Part shown: positions 52,673 through 62,021 of the stretch, one piece after another
Position numbering within the stretch: the first letter of the stretch is position 1
How the letters are laid out: every line of letters begins with the position of its first letter
NCBI GenBank assembly: GCA_050747525.1
Contig: JBOGOC010000097.1
Span: 74,209 to 138,208, forward strand
From: Candidatus Polarisedimenticolia bacterium
Lineage (GTDB): Bacteria > Acidobacteriota > Polarisedimenticolia > JACPZX01 > DASXTC01
Length of the DNA stretch: 64,000 bases
Direction: 5' to 3'
Translations under genes and position numbers: made by a program
The notes under the pieces: generated by a model
The model's input: only the letters and a program-made list of their open reading frames with translations
What the model was told of the DNA's origin: nothing
The model's database searches: none

Positions 52673-54898
52673 ATGCATCAGCACGGCAGGACCACGCGCT
52701 TCGTCACGTTCGCGGGTGTGGTCACGGCGCTGGCCCTGGCCTCCGGGGCGGCCATGGCGCTCGAGGGACGTGTGGTCGACGCGCAGAGCGGCGCGCCGCT
52801 GGCCAACGTCACGCTGTCGGTCATCGGGGGAACCCAGACGGCCAGAAGCGACGCCGAGGGACGTTTCGTGCTGATCCCCGACCCGCGGCCGCCCTTCGAG
52901 ATCCTTCCGCTCCTGCCAGGCGGCGGGTACGGGAAGACGCTGCGCATCGACGCGCTGCCCGAAGAAGGCCCTCTCACCATCAGGATCGAGACGGCCGCGA
53001 CGGAATCGGTGCTGGTGACCGCGGGGGCGGCTCCGGGAATTCTGACCGCGCCTGCCAGCGGCACGACCACCGTCTCGCTGGAGGACATTCGCTCCCGCCA
53101 GTCCCGCAACCTGACGCAGGCACTCGAGAACGTGCCGGGTGTCACCAATGTGTCGGAAGGGCACGCCTCGGTGCCGGCGATACGCGGACTGGCCCAGGCG
53201 CGGTCCCTGGTTCTCATCGACGGCGCGCGCGTCACGGCGGAGCGCCGCATCGGCCCCAGCGCGACGTTCGTGGATCCGTTCGTGCTCGAAGGGGTCGAGG
53301 TGGCGCGCGGCCCCGGCTCGGTGGCCTATGGCTCGGACGCGCTGGGAGGGGTGGTCATGGCCCGGACCCGCCGGCCGCGGCCGGGGGGCGACCTGGCCAT
53401 CGCGGTGGAGGGAACGCTCGGCGCCGGAGTGCCGCAGGAGCGCGCCGGCGTCGAGATCGAATCGGGCCTCGGCGCGAAGGCCGGCGTCCTGTTTTCGGCG
53501 CACTACCGGGACTTCGGAGACTACGACAGCCCCGAAGGGGTGGTCCTCAACTCGGGCAGCACCGACCATGGCTTTCTGGCCAGCTATGCCCAGGCGGCGG
53601 GTGATGGCCTTCTGACCTTCGCGGTCCAGGGTGACTACGGAAGGGACATCGAGCGGCCTCGCATCAACTCCGATGTCGTGCGCTTCTACTATCCCACCGA
53701 GGATTCGCTGAGGTTCACCGCCGCCTACGAGAGCGGCTCCGTTCCTGGATTCGACGCGACCGAACTGTCGTTGTTCGTCGGAGACTACCAGGTCGTCACC
53801 GACCAGGACGAGTTCGGCACCGCCACGACCCCGCGCCAGATCGCGCGCTCGGACGTCGCGGCCCACGACTTCGGCCTGCGGGCCGGTGCGGAGCGGCACT
53901 GGGGTCAGGTACAGCTTCACTTCGGCGTCGATCTGAACGGCCGCGTGGACCTCGAGGCGGAGGACGTGACCATCGATTTCGACCTGTCGGGCTCCCAGAC
54001 GCAGGAAACCTCCTTCACCACCATCGAGGATGCGCGCCGGATCGACACCGGAGTCTACGTTTCGGCAGAGGGCCCCGTCGCCAAAGTCGTTTCGCTCGCC
54101 GGCGGGCTGCGCTACGACCACGTGCGGTCGACGAACGAGGACGGCTTCTTCGGTGACGTCTCGGTGGACAACAGCGAGCCGTCGGGCTTCGTGGCTGTGA
54201 CGCTCGGGTCGCTGTCGGGCTTCTCGGCCACGGCGCAGTACTCCCACGGGTTCCGTGACGCGCGCCTCTCGGACAGGTTCTTCCGCGGCGTCACCGGAGC
54301 CGGGTTCATCACCGGCAACCCGGACCTCGATCCGGAGACGAGCAATCAGTACGATCTCGCCCTGCGCTACGTGAAGAACCGCTGGAAGCCGGCTCTCTAC
54401 CTCTATCACTACGACATCGAAGACCTGATCGAGCGGTTCGAGGACCCCGCGCAGCCCGACTTCTTCTTCTTTCGCAACCGGGGCGAGGCCCGCATCCGCG
54501 GCGTCGAGCTCGAGCTGCTCGTCGATTTGCCGAAGCAGATGACCTTGCTGGTCGCCGGCGGCATGTCCGAGGGCGAAGCGCTCGACGACGGGACGCCTCT
54601 GGACGACATCTCACCCGAGAACCTGGTGGTTCAGGGGCGAAAGGGGCTTGGCGGGCGCGGCTGGGTGCAGATGCGCGTGGCCTGGGTGGGAGATCTGGAT
54701 GAGCCGGGCCCCAACGAGGTCGCGCTCGACTCCCGCACGGTCATCGACGCGTCGGGGGGATATAGATTCACCTCGAACTTCGAGCTGCAGCTTCTCGTGC
54801 GCAACCTGCTCGATGAGGAGTATCTGCTGACCGCGGACGGCCGCTCGCCGCTGGCCCCCGGGGTCTCCGGCACGCTGGCGGCCCGGTTGTCCTTCTGA
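52673..54898 (+). CDS. TonB-dependent outer-membrane receptor with N-terminal carboxypeptidase-regulatory-like domain
   Basis: Signal peptide. CarbopepD_reg-like region (GRVVDAQSGAPLANVTLSVIGGTQTARSDAEGRFVL). Plug (PGVTNVSEGHASVPAIRGLAQARSLVLIDG). Beta-barrel with C-terminal ...LAARLSF. Confidence 0.8.
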   Translation: MHQHGRTTRFVTFAGVVTALALASGAAMALEGRVVDAQSGAPLANVTLSVIGGTQTARSDAEGRFVLIPDPRPPFEILPLLPGGGYGKTLRIDALPEEGPLTIRIETAATESVLVTAGAAPGILTAPASGTTTVSLEDIRSRQSRNLTQALENVPGVTNVSEGHASVPAIRGLAQARSLVLIDGARVTAERRIGPSATFVDPFVLEGVEVARGPGSVAYGSDALGGVVMARTRRPRPGGDLAIAVEGTLGAGVPQERAGVEIESGLGAKAGVLFSAHYRDFGDYDSPEGVVLNSGSTDHGFLASYAQAAGDGLLTFAVQGDYGRDIERPRINSDVVRFYYPTEDSLRFTAAYESGSVPGFDATELSLFVGDYQVVTDQDEFGTATTPRQIARSDVAAHDFGLRAGAERHWGQVQLHFGVDLNGRVDLEAEDVTIDFDLSGSQTQETSFTTIEDARRIDTGVYVSAEGPVAKVVSLAGGLRYDHVRSTNEDGFFGDVSVDNSEPSGFVAVTLGSLSGFSATAQYSHGFRDARLSDRFFRGVTGAGFITGNPDLDPETSNQYDLALRYVKNRWKPALYLYHYDIEDLIERFEDPAQPDFFFFRNRGEARIRGVELELLVDLPKQMTLLVAGGMSEGEALDDGTPLDDISPENLVVQGRKGLGGRGWVQMRVAWVGDLDEPGPNEVALDSRTVIDASGGYRFTSNFELQLLVRNLLDEEYLLTADGRSPLAPGVSGTLAARLSF

Positions 54899-55184
54899 AG
54901 GGGAAGCCCTTCGGCGGTACGCCATCGTGGATGAGGCCATGATGCGCGAAGGGGCCGAGAAGCTCTTGCCGCGCCCAAGTTGCCCGCAGGGGTTAGAGAC
55001 GTGTCTTGGGGGCATGAGCACGTCGCGTGCTGCATGAAGATTGAGTCCAGAGAGGGTTCCGCCGATCTGCGGCCTCGGGAAAACCCGCGTGCTTTCGCCT
55101 TTTCCTGACTGAATGCCGCGCCCGCCACATTGTGCAGGTTTTTTTCTTGACACCGCCCGGACAACAAGAGCAGTCTCACCAATC

Positions 55185-58100
55185 ATGAAATTGATCCTCG
55201 TCTTCGGCTGCTGCCTTGTCATGACGGCGCCGATTTGCGCCGAGGAAATCCTGCTGCGCCGAGACGCGCCTTCCGGACTGAACCCCCCGGCGCTCGAGAT
55301 GTTCGTGGATGCGGTCGCGCCGTTCGTGACGAACGCGCGGAGATCGCCGGCGATCCTCGATGTGCCGCGCGACGTCACGCTCGAGCTGCGCGCGGTCAGC
55401 GATCGCCCCGCCCAATTCCTCTGGGAGGGAGCCAAGGGGGCGCGCAGCCAGGAGCACGGCTCGACGGCCAGCCGGCGGTTTCCAAAGCCCGGACGCTACG
55501 TGATCAGGGTGACGGCGGTTTTCGACGCCGCGACCCAGGTTCCCCGGCTCGAGCGAACGCTGGTCGTCCGTGTGGGGCCGGAGCGGGCGTCCGGCATCCG
55601 GATCCGGATGGTCAATCCCGCCGTCGGGGGCACCGAGATCGGAACCCGCCGCAGCGCGCGGGTGTGCCGGGCGAGCATCAGCCATCCCCAATACACGCAC
55701 CTGGTGGAATGGCGGACGCTGGACGGCTCCGCCGATCCCGGCATCGGTCTGACCTGGGCTCCCACCTTCCGAAGAGTCGGCATCCATCCCGTCCAGGTCG
55801 GCAACGACCGGACCCAGGCGGCGGTGTTCGAGACGTTCGACGTCGCGCGGGTGGACCGGTCGGGCCCCTACGGAGAGATGATCTGGTACGACTTTCCGAT
55901 CACCTTCAGGGCGTCCACGGTTCCTGTGGGCTACGAGCGCCACGTCTCCTGGAAGGTGGACACCCATCACGACATGTTCACGCGCGCAGAGCCCTCGTCG
56001 GGGACGGGGGGCCAGTTCACGACGGTCTTCCGTATGTCGGGAGCGGACAGACTGTTCTGGGCGATGGTTTACGCGTCCGAGGTGGAAGCCTTCGACAATC
56101 CCGACCAGCTGCCGCCGCAGCAATCGGTGAACTCGGGGCTTGAGGCTCCCAATGACGCTGGGCAGTCCTCGCTGAACCTCGCGCGTCTGCCCGTGAACGT
56201 GAACGCCGGGAGCGTGTACCTCCACTCCGGTGAGTACCGTTTCTCGGAGGTCGTTCTGAGGATCCCGGGACGCGGGTTCGACTTCGTCTGGGGCATGACG
56301 CACCGCTCCCGCGAAGGACGGCTCACCGCCATGGGAAACAACTGGGACCACTCGTACAACATCCGGGTCGAGGTCAATCTGCTCAATCCGACCCAAAGGT
56401 GGCTCTATGACGGCCATGGGCGGCGTGACACGTACAGCCCGGTGGGCGGGAACTGTTGGGCCAGTAACGGATTCTTCGCGGAGCTGTGCCTGCAACCGGA
56501 TCTGAAGTACACGCTCACTCTGCTCGACCGGACCGTGTGGACCATGAAAGCCATCGATGGGACGCTCACCGCGGGGAAGATTCTGGAGATCCGGGACCGC
56601 AACCAGAACGCGATGACCTTCGGATATGACGGATCGGGGCGGCTGGCCACGATCGTGGACACCCTGGATCGCATCATCCAGGTGACCAGCACCGGGACCT
56701 TCATCCAGTCGGTGAACGATTTCCGGGGCCGCGTGGTGCAATTCGCGTTCTACCAGGCCGGTGACGCGGGAGGCGATGCCGGGGATCTCAAGTCATGGAC
56801 CACCCCCGCGGTCACGGGCACCCCCAACGGAAACGACTTCCCCGCAGGCAAGACGACCACCTGCACGTACAGCAAGGGGTTCGTCGACCCGGCGCTGAAC
56901 CACAACCTGCTGACGATCACGGATCCGCGGGGCCTGGTCATCGTGCAGAACCAGTACCAGACCTCCGGGTTCCCCACGGACATCGTCAACGGGATGCTGT
57001 TTCCCAACGGGCGGGTGACGTTCTATTACGTCGGCCAGGTCCCCGGTCCGGGCAACGACATGGCGACCGTGAAGACCATCGTCAAGGATCGCGCCGGCAA
57101 CGTGCGGGAAGCCTTATTCAACGCGCGCAACGAGCTGGTGCTGCTCAAGGAGTACACCGGCCGCGCCCCCGATCTCACGTCGACCGTCACGGAGTCTCTC
57201 AACCGACCCGTCGCGAAGCTTCGGCCGGGTGATCCCGGCGTCTACCAGACCCACTTCGCCTTCAACCCGGACTCCATGCTGAAGAGGATCGATTATCCCC
57301 GCGGCAATGTGACCTTGATGAACTACGAGGTGGACGTGAATCCCACCCCGCTGAGGCGATCCCGGGGGAACCTCCGCGTCCGGACACGCCAGCCGGGAAC
57401 GGCGGGTGGAGACCAGTCCTCGATCGTCGACAGCTGGCAATACGACCCGAATTTCAACATGGTCGTGCAGTACGTGGATGGCCGGGGCCATCCCACCATC
57501 CATTCGCTGGACGCCTCGGGCAACCGGATCCAGACGCAGCATCGCATTCCGACCATCCTCGAGAACTGGGAGGTCAACGCCTTCGGGCAGGTGACGGCGC
57601 ACATCCTGCCGGACAACGGCAGCGGATGGCGGCGGCGGGACGAGTTCGCCTACTACACGTCGGGTTCCCAGCGAGGCTACCTCGAGTCGTCCACCCTCGA
57701 CGCGCTGGGACGGGCGCTGCTGACGGGCTACAGCTGGAACCCCTCCGGCGCGCTCATCGCCCTCGTCGACGCGAAGGGGAACGACACCGCGTTCGACGTC
57801 AATGCCCTGGATCAGGTGGTGCGGGAAACCTCGCGCGAGGTCGCACCGGAGTCCGGGGTGCGGTACGTGACCGACAGCTTCTATGATGCCGCGAACAACC
57901 TCGTGCGGCGCGACGTGCGCAACGTGGACGAGGACGGTGTGCTGCAGCCGAACCAGGATTTCACCACCACGTACGAGCGTGACGCGCTGAACCGGATGAC
58001 GGCAGTGGTCCAGGAAGTGGACGAGACGCGGAGCATCAGGACGGAGTTCGGCTACGACGTGAACGATCACCAGAGCCTGATCCGCAGAGGCGAGGCGACG

Positions 58101-61100
58101 GCGGGACGGATCCCGGCCGACACGCTCACCACGCTCTACGACGAGCGGGACTTCGTCTTCCGTGAGATCCAGGCTCAGGGGGCCACGGAACAGTCCACAA
58201 GCCAGCGCGACTACGACCTCAATGGGAACCCGTCCCGGGTCTCCGAAGGGCTGGAGGCGAGTCCTCACGTCTCATCGGTGGTCTGCGACGGATTCGATCG
58301 GGCGATCACCTCGGTCGACCCCATGGGCAACGTCTCGAGGCTTCGCTACGATGCCAACGGCAACGTGGTCTCGCAACGGGTTGAGGGTGAGCTGGTGGAT
58401 CTGCCGGGGAGCACGGCGAACGTCCGCCTGAGGGAAGCCTTCACGACCTACGACTTCCTCGATCGGCCGATCCGGGAGGACGAAGCGTTCTTCAACCGGC
58501 AGACGCAGGCGCCGGTGGGGGACGGGATGTCCTCCACGATCACCGACTACACGGGGATGTCCGCCGTGGCGCGCATCGAGGACGACAACGGCCACGCGAT
58601 CCTTCGTATCTACGACACCACGGGCGAGCTGGCCGAGACGACCGATGCGGAGGGCAACATCATCGCTTTCCTCTACGACGAGAACCTCAATGTGGTGACC
58701 CGGGAGGAGACGGATACGTGCGATCTGGGAGGCCCCGAGGATCGGTTCTCCACCACCTACATACTCGACGGCCTCGATCGCGTGATCCAGATGGTGGACT
58801 CCTCGGGAAACGTCTTCGACTATGCCTATGACTCACGGGGGAACGAGGCACGTACCAGCGACGGCGCCCGGGCGGCGCCCGAGCTTCCGGGAAACATCGT
58901 GACCCATGAGTACGACGGTGCGAACCGGCAGACATCGACCACCATGGTCCTGACGAACGACGGCACCGGCGGCGGCACTCCCGTGGGCAGCATCGGGCTC
59001 GGTCAGACGTGGGACGACAGTGGTCGGATCGCCTCGCAGATCGACGCCAACGGCCGCGCGACCTCCTACCAGTACGATCCGCTGGGCCGTGTCACCCGGA
59101 TGACCATGGCCGATGGAACGTTCTCGACGACGGTCTACGACGTGCACGATCACGAGGTCCAGGTGACCCAGGCCAACGGCACGTCGCTCACCTCGGTGTA
59201 CGACGATCTCGGCGGGATGACGAGCCGGACGATCGTTCCGGGGCCCGGGGTGTCGGCGGACACCACCTTCGAGACCTACCAGTACGACGGAGACTCGCAT
59301 GTCGTGCGCGCGGAGAACAACAATGCGATCGTGCTGCGCAGCTACGACTCGCTCTGGAACGTTACGGCCGAGACGCTCAACGGCGTGACCACCACCTTCA
59401 CCCGCGACGGTAAGGGGAACCAGACGGGAGCCGTCTATCCGGGAGGCCGCTCCCTCTCGACCACCTACGACGGCAACGATCGCAAGGTCGACATCAGCGA
59501 CGCCGCGGGCTTGGTGGCCATCTACGCCTACATCGGTCCGACGCGCGTTCAGCGCCGCACGCTGCGCAACGGAACGATCACCACCTACGCCTACGACGGC
59601 AAGGTCGGAGTGCCCAACCCGGGAGGAGACTTCGGCGTCAAGTACCCCGTGCGCATGACCCATCAGCGGACCGCTCCCCCCCTTGTCATCGACGATCGCA
59701 GCTTCGAGTGGAACCGCACCGGGAGCCGCACGGAGCAGAAAGACCTGCGCGTCGGCTCGCCCCGCCGCGCCACCCGGTACGACTACGACTCCGCCTACAG
59801 GCTGGCCCAGGCGCAGGACTTCGATCCCAACGGCATTCTGCTGCGGGATTCTCCGTACACGCTGGATGGAGCCGGTAATCGGCTGACCGTGGGCGGACCG
59901 GGGGGCGGGACCTACACTCGCAGCCCGGCGACGCCCTCTCCCGCCGACGCCCAGGTCAACCAGTACACGAGCACCCCCTTCGATGCGCGCACGTACGACG
60001 ACAACGGCGACCTGAAGACCATGACCCCGGCGGGACCGGGAGGCGTTCGGTCCCTGACGTTTGACTACGCGGGCCGGCTGGTCGGCTACCAGGACGCCGG
60101 GACGGGCACGACGCTGCACCTTTTCTATGACCCGTTTGGCAGGCGCATCCGGCGTACGGTCACCGGAGCCGGCACGGCCGACACGCGGTTCTTCTTCGAC
60201 GAATGGCAGGAGATCGAGGAGCAGAACAGCGCGGGCGCCACGCAGGCGACGTACGTCTACGGGAACAACATCGACGAGGTCCTGAACATGGAGCGTTCCG
60301 GGGCGTCGTATTTCTACCACGGGGACGACCTCGACGGGACCAGGGCCGTCACCGACGCCACGGGGACGGTGGTGGAGCGCTACGACTATGGCGACTTCGG
60401 ACAACCGGTCTTCATGAACGCCGCCGGGACCCCGATCCCCGGCTCGGCCATCGGCAACCCCTTCCTCTTCGCCGGCCGCCGGTACGACCCGGTGACGGGA
60501 CTCTACGACTATCGCAAGCGGCAGTTCGATCCGATGACCGGCCGGTTCGTCACGCGCGATCCGACGGGTCCCTGGGGGGACGACCAGAACGAGGGGAATC
60601 CCTACACCTACGCAGGGAACACTCCGTGGACCCTGATCGACCCCACAGGTGAGGCCGCCCTCGAGCCGACGTGGGCCAAGGACCCGAACGGAGTTGCAAC
60701 CTGCTCACCGGGGCAGCAGGCCACGGCGTGGGCCGCGACGAACAAGGCGCAGAGCCTGGCACGGGAGGCCGCGCGTCGTCTGGGCTCGCTCAAGCCGCGG
60801 GAACGGTGGTGCGATGACGGGTACCGGCTCTGGTTCGGCAACTACTCCAAGACGCGGTTCCGGACCGTCCGAAGGGTCTTCGACGAGGTGAGGCTCTGGT
60901 TGGACACCCAGAATGTCCCGCTGAACTGCGAGACCCCTTGCACCAAGATGATAGACGGCCAGGAAGCGAACGCCCACACGGACTTCGCACCGGGATCGAC
61001 CATCCACCTGTGCCAGCCGTTCTTCGGCAGCCTGTACGAGAGCAACGCCTTCGCCCAGATCGGCGACCAGGACGCAGATGGACAGCGGGGGGCAGGACTG

Positions 61101-61403
61101 ATCCACGAGATGACTCACTGGTACGGCACCAATGTTTCGCAGCATGAGAGATACGGCCCCGGCGAGTGTCTCCGCTTCGCGCAGTCGCATCCCATCATGG
61201 CCACCCGGAATGCACAGAACTATGCCCTCTACACCATCTCGCCGCTCCAGGGCGGCTGCGGAGCCGTGGATGTCTGGTCCAAGAGCCTGGTCAACGTCGT
61301 CCGGGGGGCGGCCGGGTACGTGGCCAAGTCGGCGCAGCGGGCGGGGGAGAAAGTCTCGAACGCCGCCAAGAGGATCAAGAAGAAGATCAAGAAATGGTTC
61401 TGA
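55185..61403 (+). CDS. RHS/YD-repeat polymorphic toxin: signal peptide, N-terminal domain, long YD-repeat shell, RHS-repeat-associated core, C-terminal HExxH metallopeptidase-like toxin domain
   Basis: Start at MKLILVFGCCLVMTAPICAEE. Dozens of YD repeats (FGYDGSGRLATIVD, YDANGNVVSQRVEG, YQYDPLGRVTRMTMADG, ...). RHS core (YFYHGDDLDGTRAVTDATGTVVERYDYGDFGQPV...NPFLFAGRRYDPVTGLYDYRKRQFDPMTGRFVTRDPTGPWGDDQNEGNPYTYAGNTPWTLIDPTGE). About 250-aa C-terminal tail with GLIHEMTHWYGTNVSQHERYG (HExxH followed by GT...xxYG, aspzincin/M35-like). Confidence 0.8.
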   Translation: MKLILVFGCCLVMTAPICAEEILLRRDAPSGLNPPALEMFVDAVAPFVTNARRSPAILDVPRDVTLELRAVSDRPAQFLWEGAKGARSQEHGSTASRRFPKPGRYVIRVTAVFDAATQVPRLERTLVVRVGPERASGIRIRMVNPAVGGTEIGTRRSARVCRASISHPQYTHLVEWRTLDGSADPGIGLTWAPTFRRVGIHPVQVGNDRTQAAVFETFDVARVDRSGPYGEMIWYDFPITFRASTVPVGYERHVSWKVDTHHDMFTRAEPSSGTGGQFTTVFRMSGADRLFWAMVYASEVEAFDNPDQLPPQQSVNSGLEAPNDAGQSSLNLARLPVNVNAGSVYLHSGEYRFSEVVLRIPGRGFDFVWGMTHRSREGRLTAMGNNWDHSYNIRVEVNLLNPTQRWLYDGHGRRDTYSPVGGNCWASNGFFAELCLQPDLKYTLTLLDRTVWTMKAIDGTLTAGKILEIRDRNQNAMTFGYDGSGRLATIVDTLDRIIQVTSTGTFIQSVNDFRGRVVQFAFYQAGDAGGDAGDLKSWTTPAVTGTPNGNDFPAGKTTTCTYSKGFVDPALNHNLLTITDPRGLVIVQNQYQTSGFPTDIVNGMLFPNGRVTFYYVGQVPGPGNDMATVKTIVKDRAGNVREALFNARNELVLLKEYTGRAPDLTSTVTESLNRPVAKLRPGDPGVYQTHFAFNPDSMLKRIDYPRGNVTLMNYEVDVNPTPLRRSRGNLRVRTRQPGTAGGDQSSIVDSWQYDPNFNMVVQYVDGRGHPTIHSLDASGNRIQTQHRIPTILENWEVNAFGQVTAHILPDNGSGWRRRDEFAYYTSGSQRGYLESSTLDALGRALLTGYSWNPSGALIALVDAKGNDTAFDVNALDQVVRETSREVAPESGVRYVTDSFYDAANNLVRRDVRNVDEDGVLQPNQDFTTTYERDALNRMTAVVQEVDETRSIRTEFGYDVNDHQSLIRRGEATAGRIPADTLTTLYDERDFVFREIQAQGATEQSTSQRDYDLNGNPSRVSEGLEASPHVSSVVCDGFDRAITSVDPMGNVSRLRYDANGNVVSQRVEGELVDLPGSTANVRLREAFTTYDFLDRPIREDEAFFNRQTQAPVGDGMSSTITDYTGMSAVARIEDDNGHAILRIYDTTGELAETTDAEGNIIAFLYDENLNVVTREETDTCDLGGPEDRFSTTYILDGLDRVIQMVDSSGNVFDYAYDSRGNEARTSDGARAAPELPGNIVTHEYDGANRQTSTTMVLTNDGTGGGTPVGSIGLGQTWDDSGRIASQIDANGRATSYQYDPLGRVTRMTMADGTFSTTVYDVHDHEVQVTQANGTSLTSVYDDLGGMTSRTIVPGPGVSADTTFETYQYDGDSHVVRAENNNAIVLRSYDSLWNVTAETLNGVTTTFTRDGKGNQTGAVYPGGRSLSTTYDGNDRKVDISDAAGLVAIYAYIGPTRVQRRTLRNGTITTYAYDGKVGVPNPGGDFGVKYPVRMTHQRTAPPLVIDDRSFEWNRTGSRTEQKDLRVGSPRRATRYDYDSAYRLAQAQDFDPNGILLRDSPYTLDGAGNRLTVGGPGGGTYTRSPATPSPADAQVNQYTSTPFDARTYDDNGDLKTMTPAGPGGVRSLTFDYAGRLVGYQDAGTGTTLHLFYDPFGRRIRRTVTGAGTADTRFFFDEWQEIEEQNSAGATQATYVYGNNIDEVLNMERSGASYFYHGDDLDGTRAVTDATGTVVERYDYGDFGQPVFMNAAGTPIPGSAIGNPFLFAGRRYDPVTGLYDYRKRQFDPMTGRFVTRDPTGPWGDDQNEGNPYTYAGNTPWTLIDPTGEAALEPTWAKDPNGVATCSPGQQATAWAATNKAQSLAREAARRLGSLKPRERWCDDGYRLWFGNYSKTRFRTVRRVFDEVRLWLDTQNVPLNCETPCTKMIDGQEANAHTDFAPGSTIHLCQPFFGSLYESNAFAQIGDQDADGQRGAGLIHEMTHWYGTNVSQHERYGPGECLRFAQSHPIMATRNAQNYALYTISPLQGGCGAVDVWSKSLVNVVRGAAGYVAKSAQRAGEKVSNAAKRIKKKIKKWF

Positions 61404-61421
61404 CCCCTGGTGATGCGGGCG

Positions 61422-62021
61422 TCACTTCTCGACCGGCAGCGCGGCCACCTGGCGCTCCAGCTCCTCGGCGCCGTCCTCGACGGGGTTAGCCCACCAGACG
61501 GGGGAGGGGAACGGCTCTTCCCAGACCGCGCCCGGTGAGAAGCCCGCGATGACGTCCCAGGCGATGGCGCCGGGGGCCCAGTCGGGCTCGCGTCCCTGGG
61601 ATCGATAGATCAGGACGGCGCGCTCCATCATGCGCGGCGAAGCCCACCGTTGAGGGTCCCAGTACTCCGTCACGCGGGGGTCTCGCACCCGGGCGCGCGC
61701 CTCGTCGCCGGGGGGGCCGGTGTCCGACGCGATGACCGGCAGCCAGATCACGAACACGCGCACGCGCGCGCCGGGATGCGCCGCAAGGGTGGTGCCGACT
61801 GCGGAGGCCCCCCGCAGGCAGGTCTGTCACGTGGGGGAGAGCGCCACGACGTAGCGCCCCCGGTCCGACGCGCCATCGAAGTCCCGGCGCAGCGCGGACG
61901 CCGTGGACTCGTCGAGTGTGCGCAGGGCGGCCGGATCGTCCGGCGGCTTTCCGCCCGTCCCCTGGCAGGCAGCCCCCAGGCAGGTCATGGCCAGCAGGAT
62001 GGCCGGCGCCGCGGCCCTCAT
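61422..62021 (-). CDS. candidate selenoprotein: TlpA/ResA-like thioredoxin-fold thiol-disulfide oxidoreductase with U-x-x-C redox motif (in-frame TGA at 61827-61829)
   Basis: Minus-strand frame: MRAAAPAILLAMTCLGAACQG (signal) ...DFDGASDRGRYVVALSPT-[TGA]-QTCLRGASAVGTTLAAHPGARVRVFVIWLPV...RMMERAVLIYRSQGRE...IAGFSPGAVWEE. This aligns with the thioredoxin-fold TlpA/AhpC-TSA pattern (..[34 protein letters not shown]...VVVLGVNVD...). The TGA falls exactly where the first Cys of the CxxC motif belongs. It is read as a selenocysteine codon rather than a stop. The track splits this gene into 61827..62021 and 61422..61763. Its start overlaps the stop of the upstream methyltransferase (ATGA). Confidence 0.45.
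61795..61826 (-). promoter_or_regulatory. SECIS-like hairpin 9 nt downstream of the in-frame UGA
   Basis: mRNA reads UGA CAGACCUGC CUGCGG GGGGCCU CCGCAG UCGG. That is a perfect 6-bp GC-rich stem with a 7-nt G-rich loop, which can be extended with a bulge. Position and size resemble a bacterial SECIS upper stem-loop. Confidence 0.3.

Noticed and set aside
58833-60404. 523-aa minus-strand ORF inside the RHS gene
   Set aside because: Antisense shadow of the RHS gene. The plus-strand YD repeats and RHS core are continuous across it.
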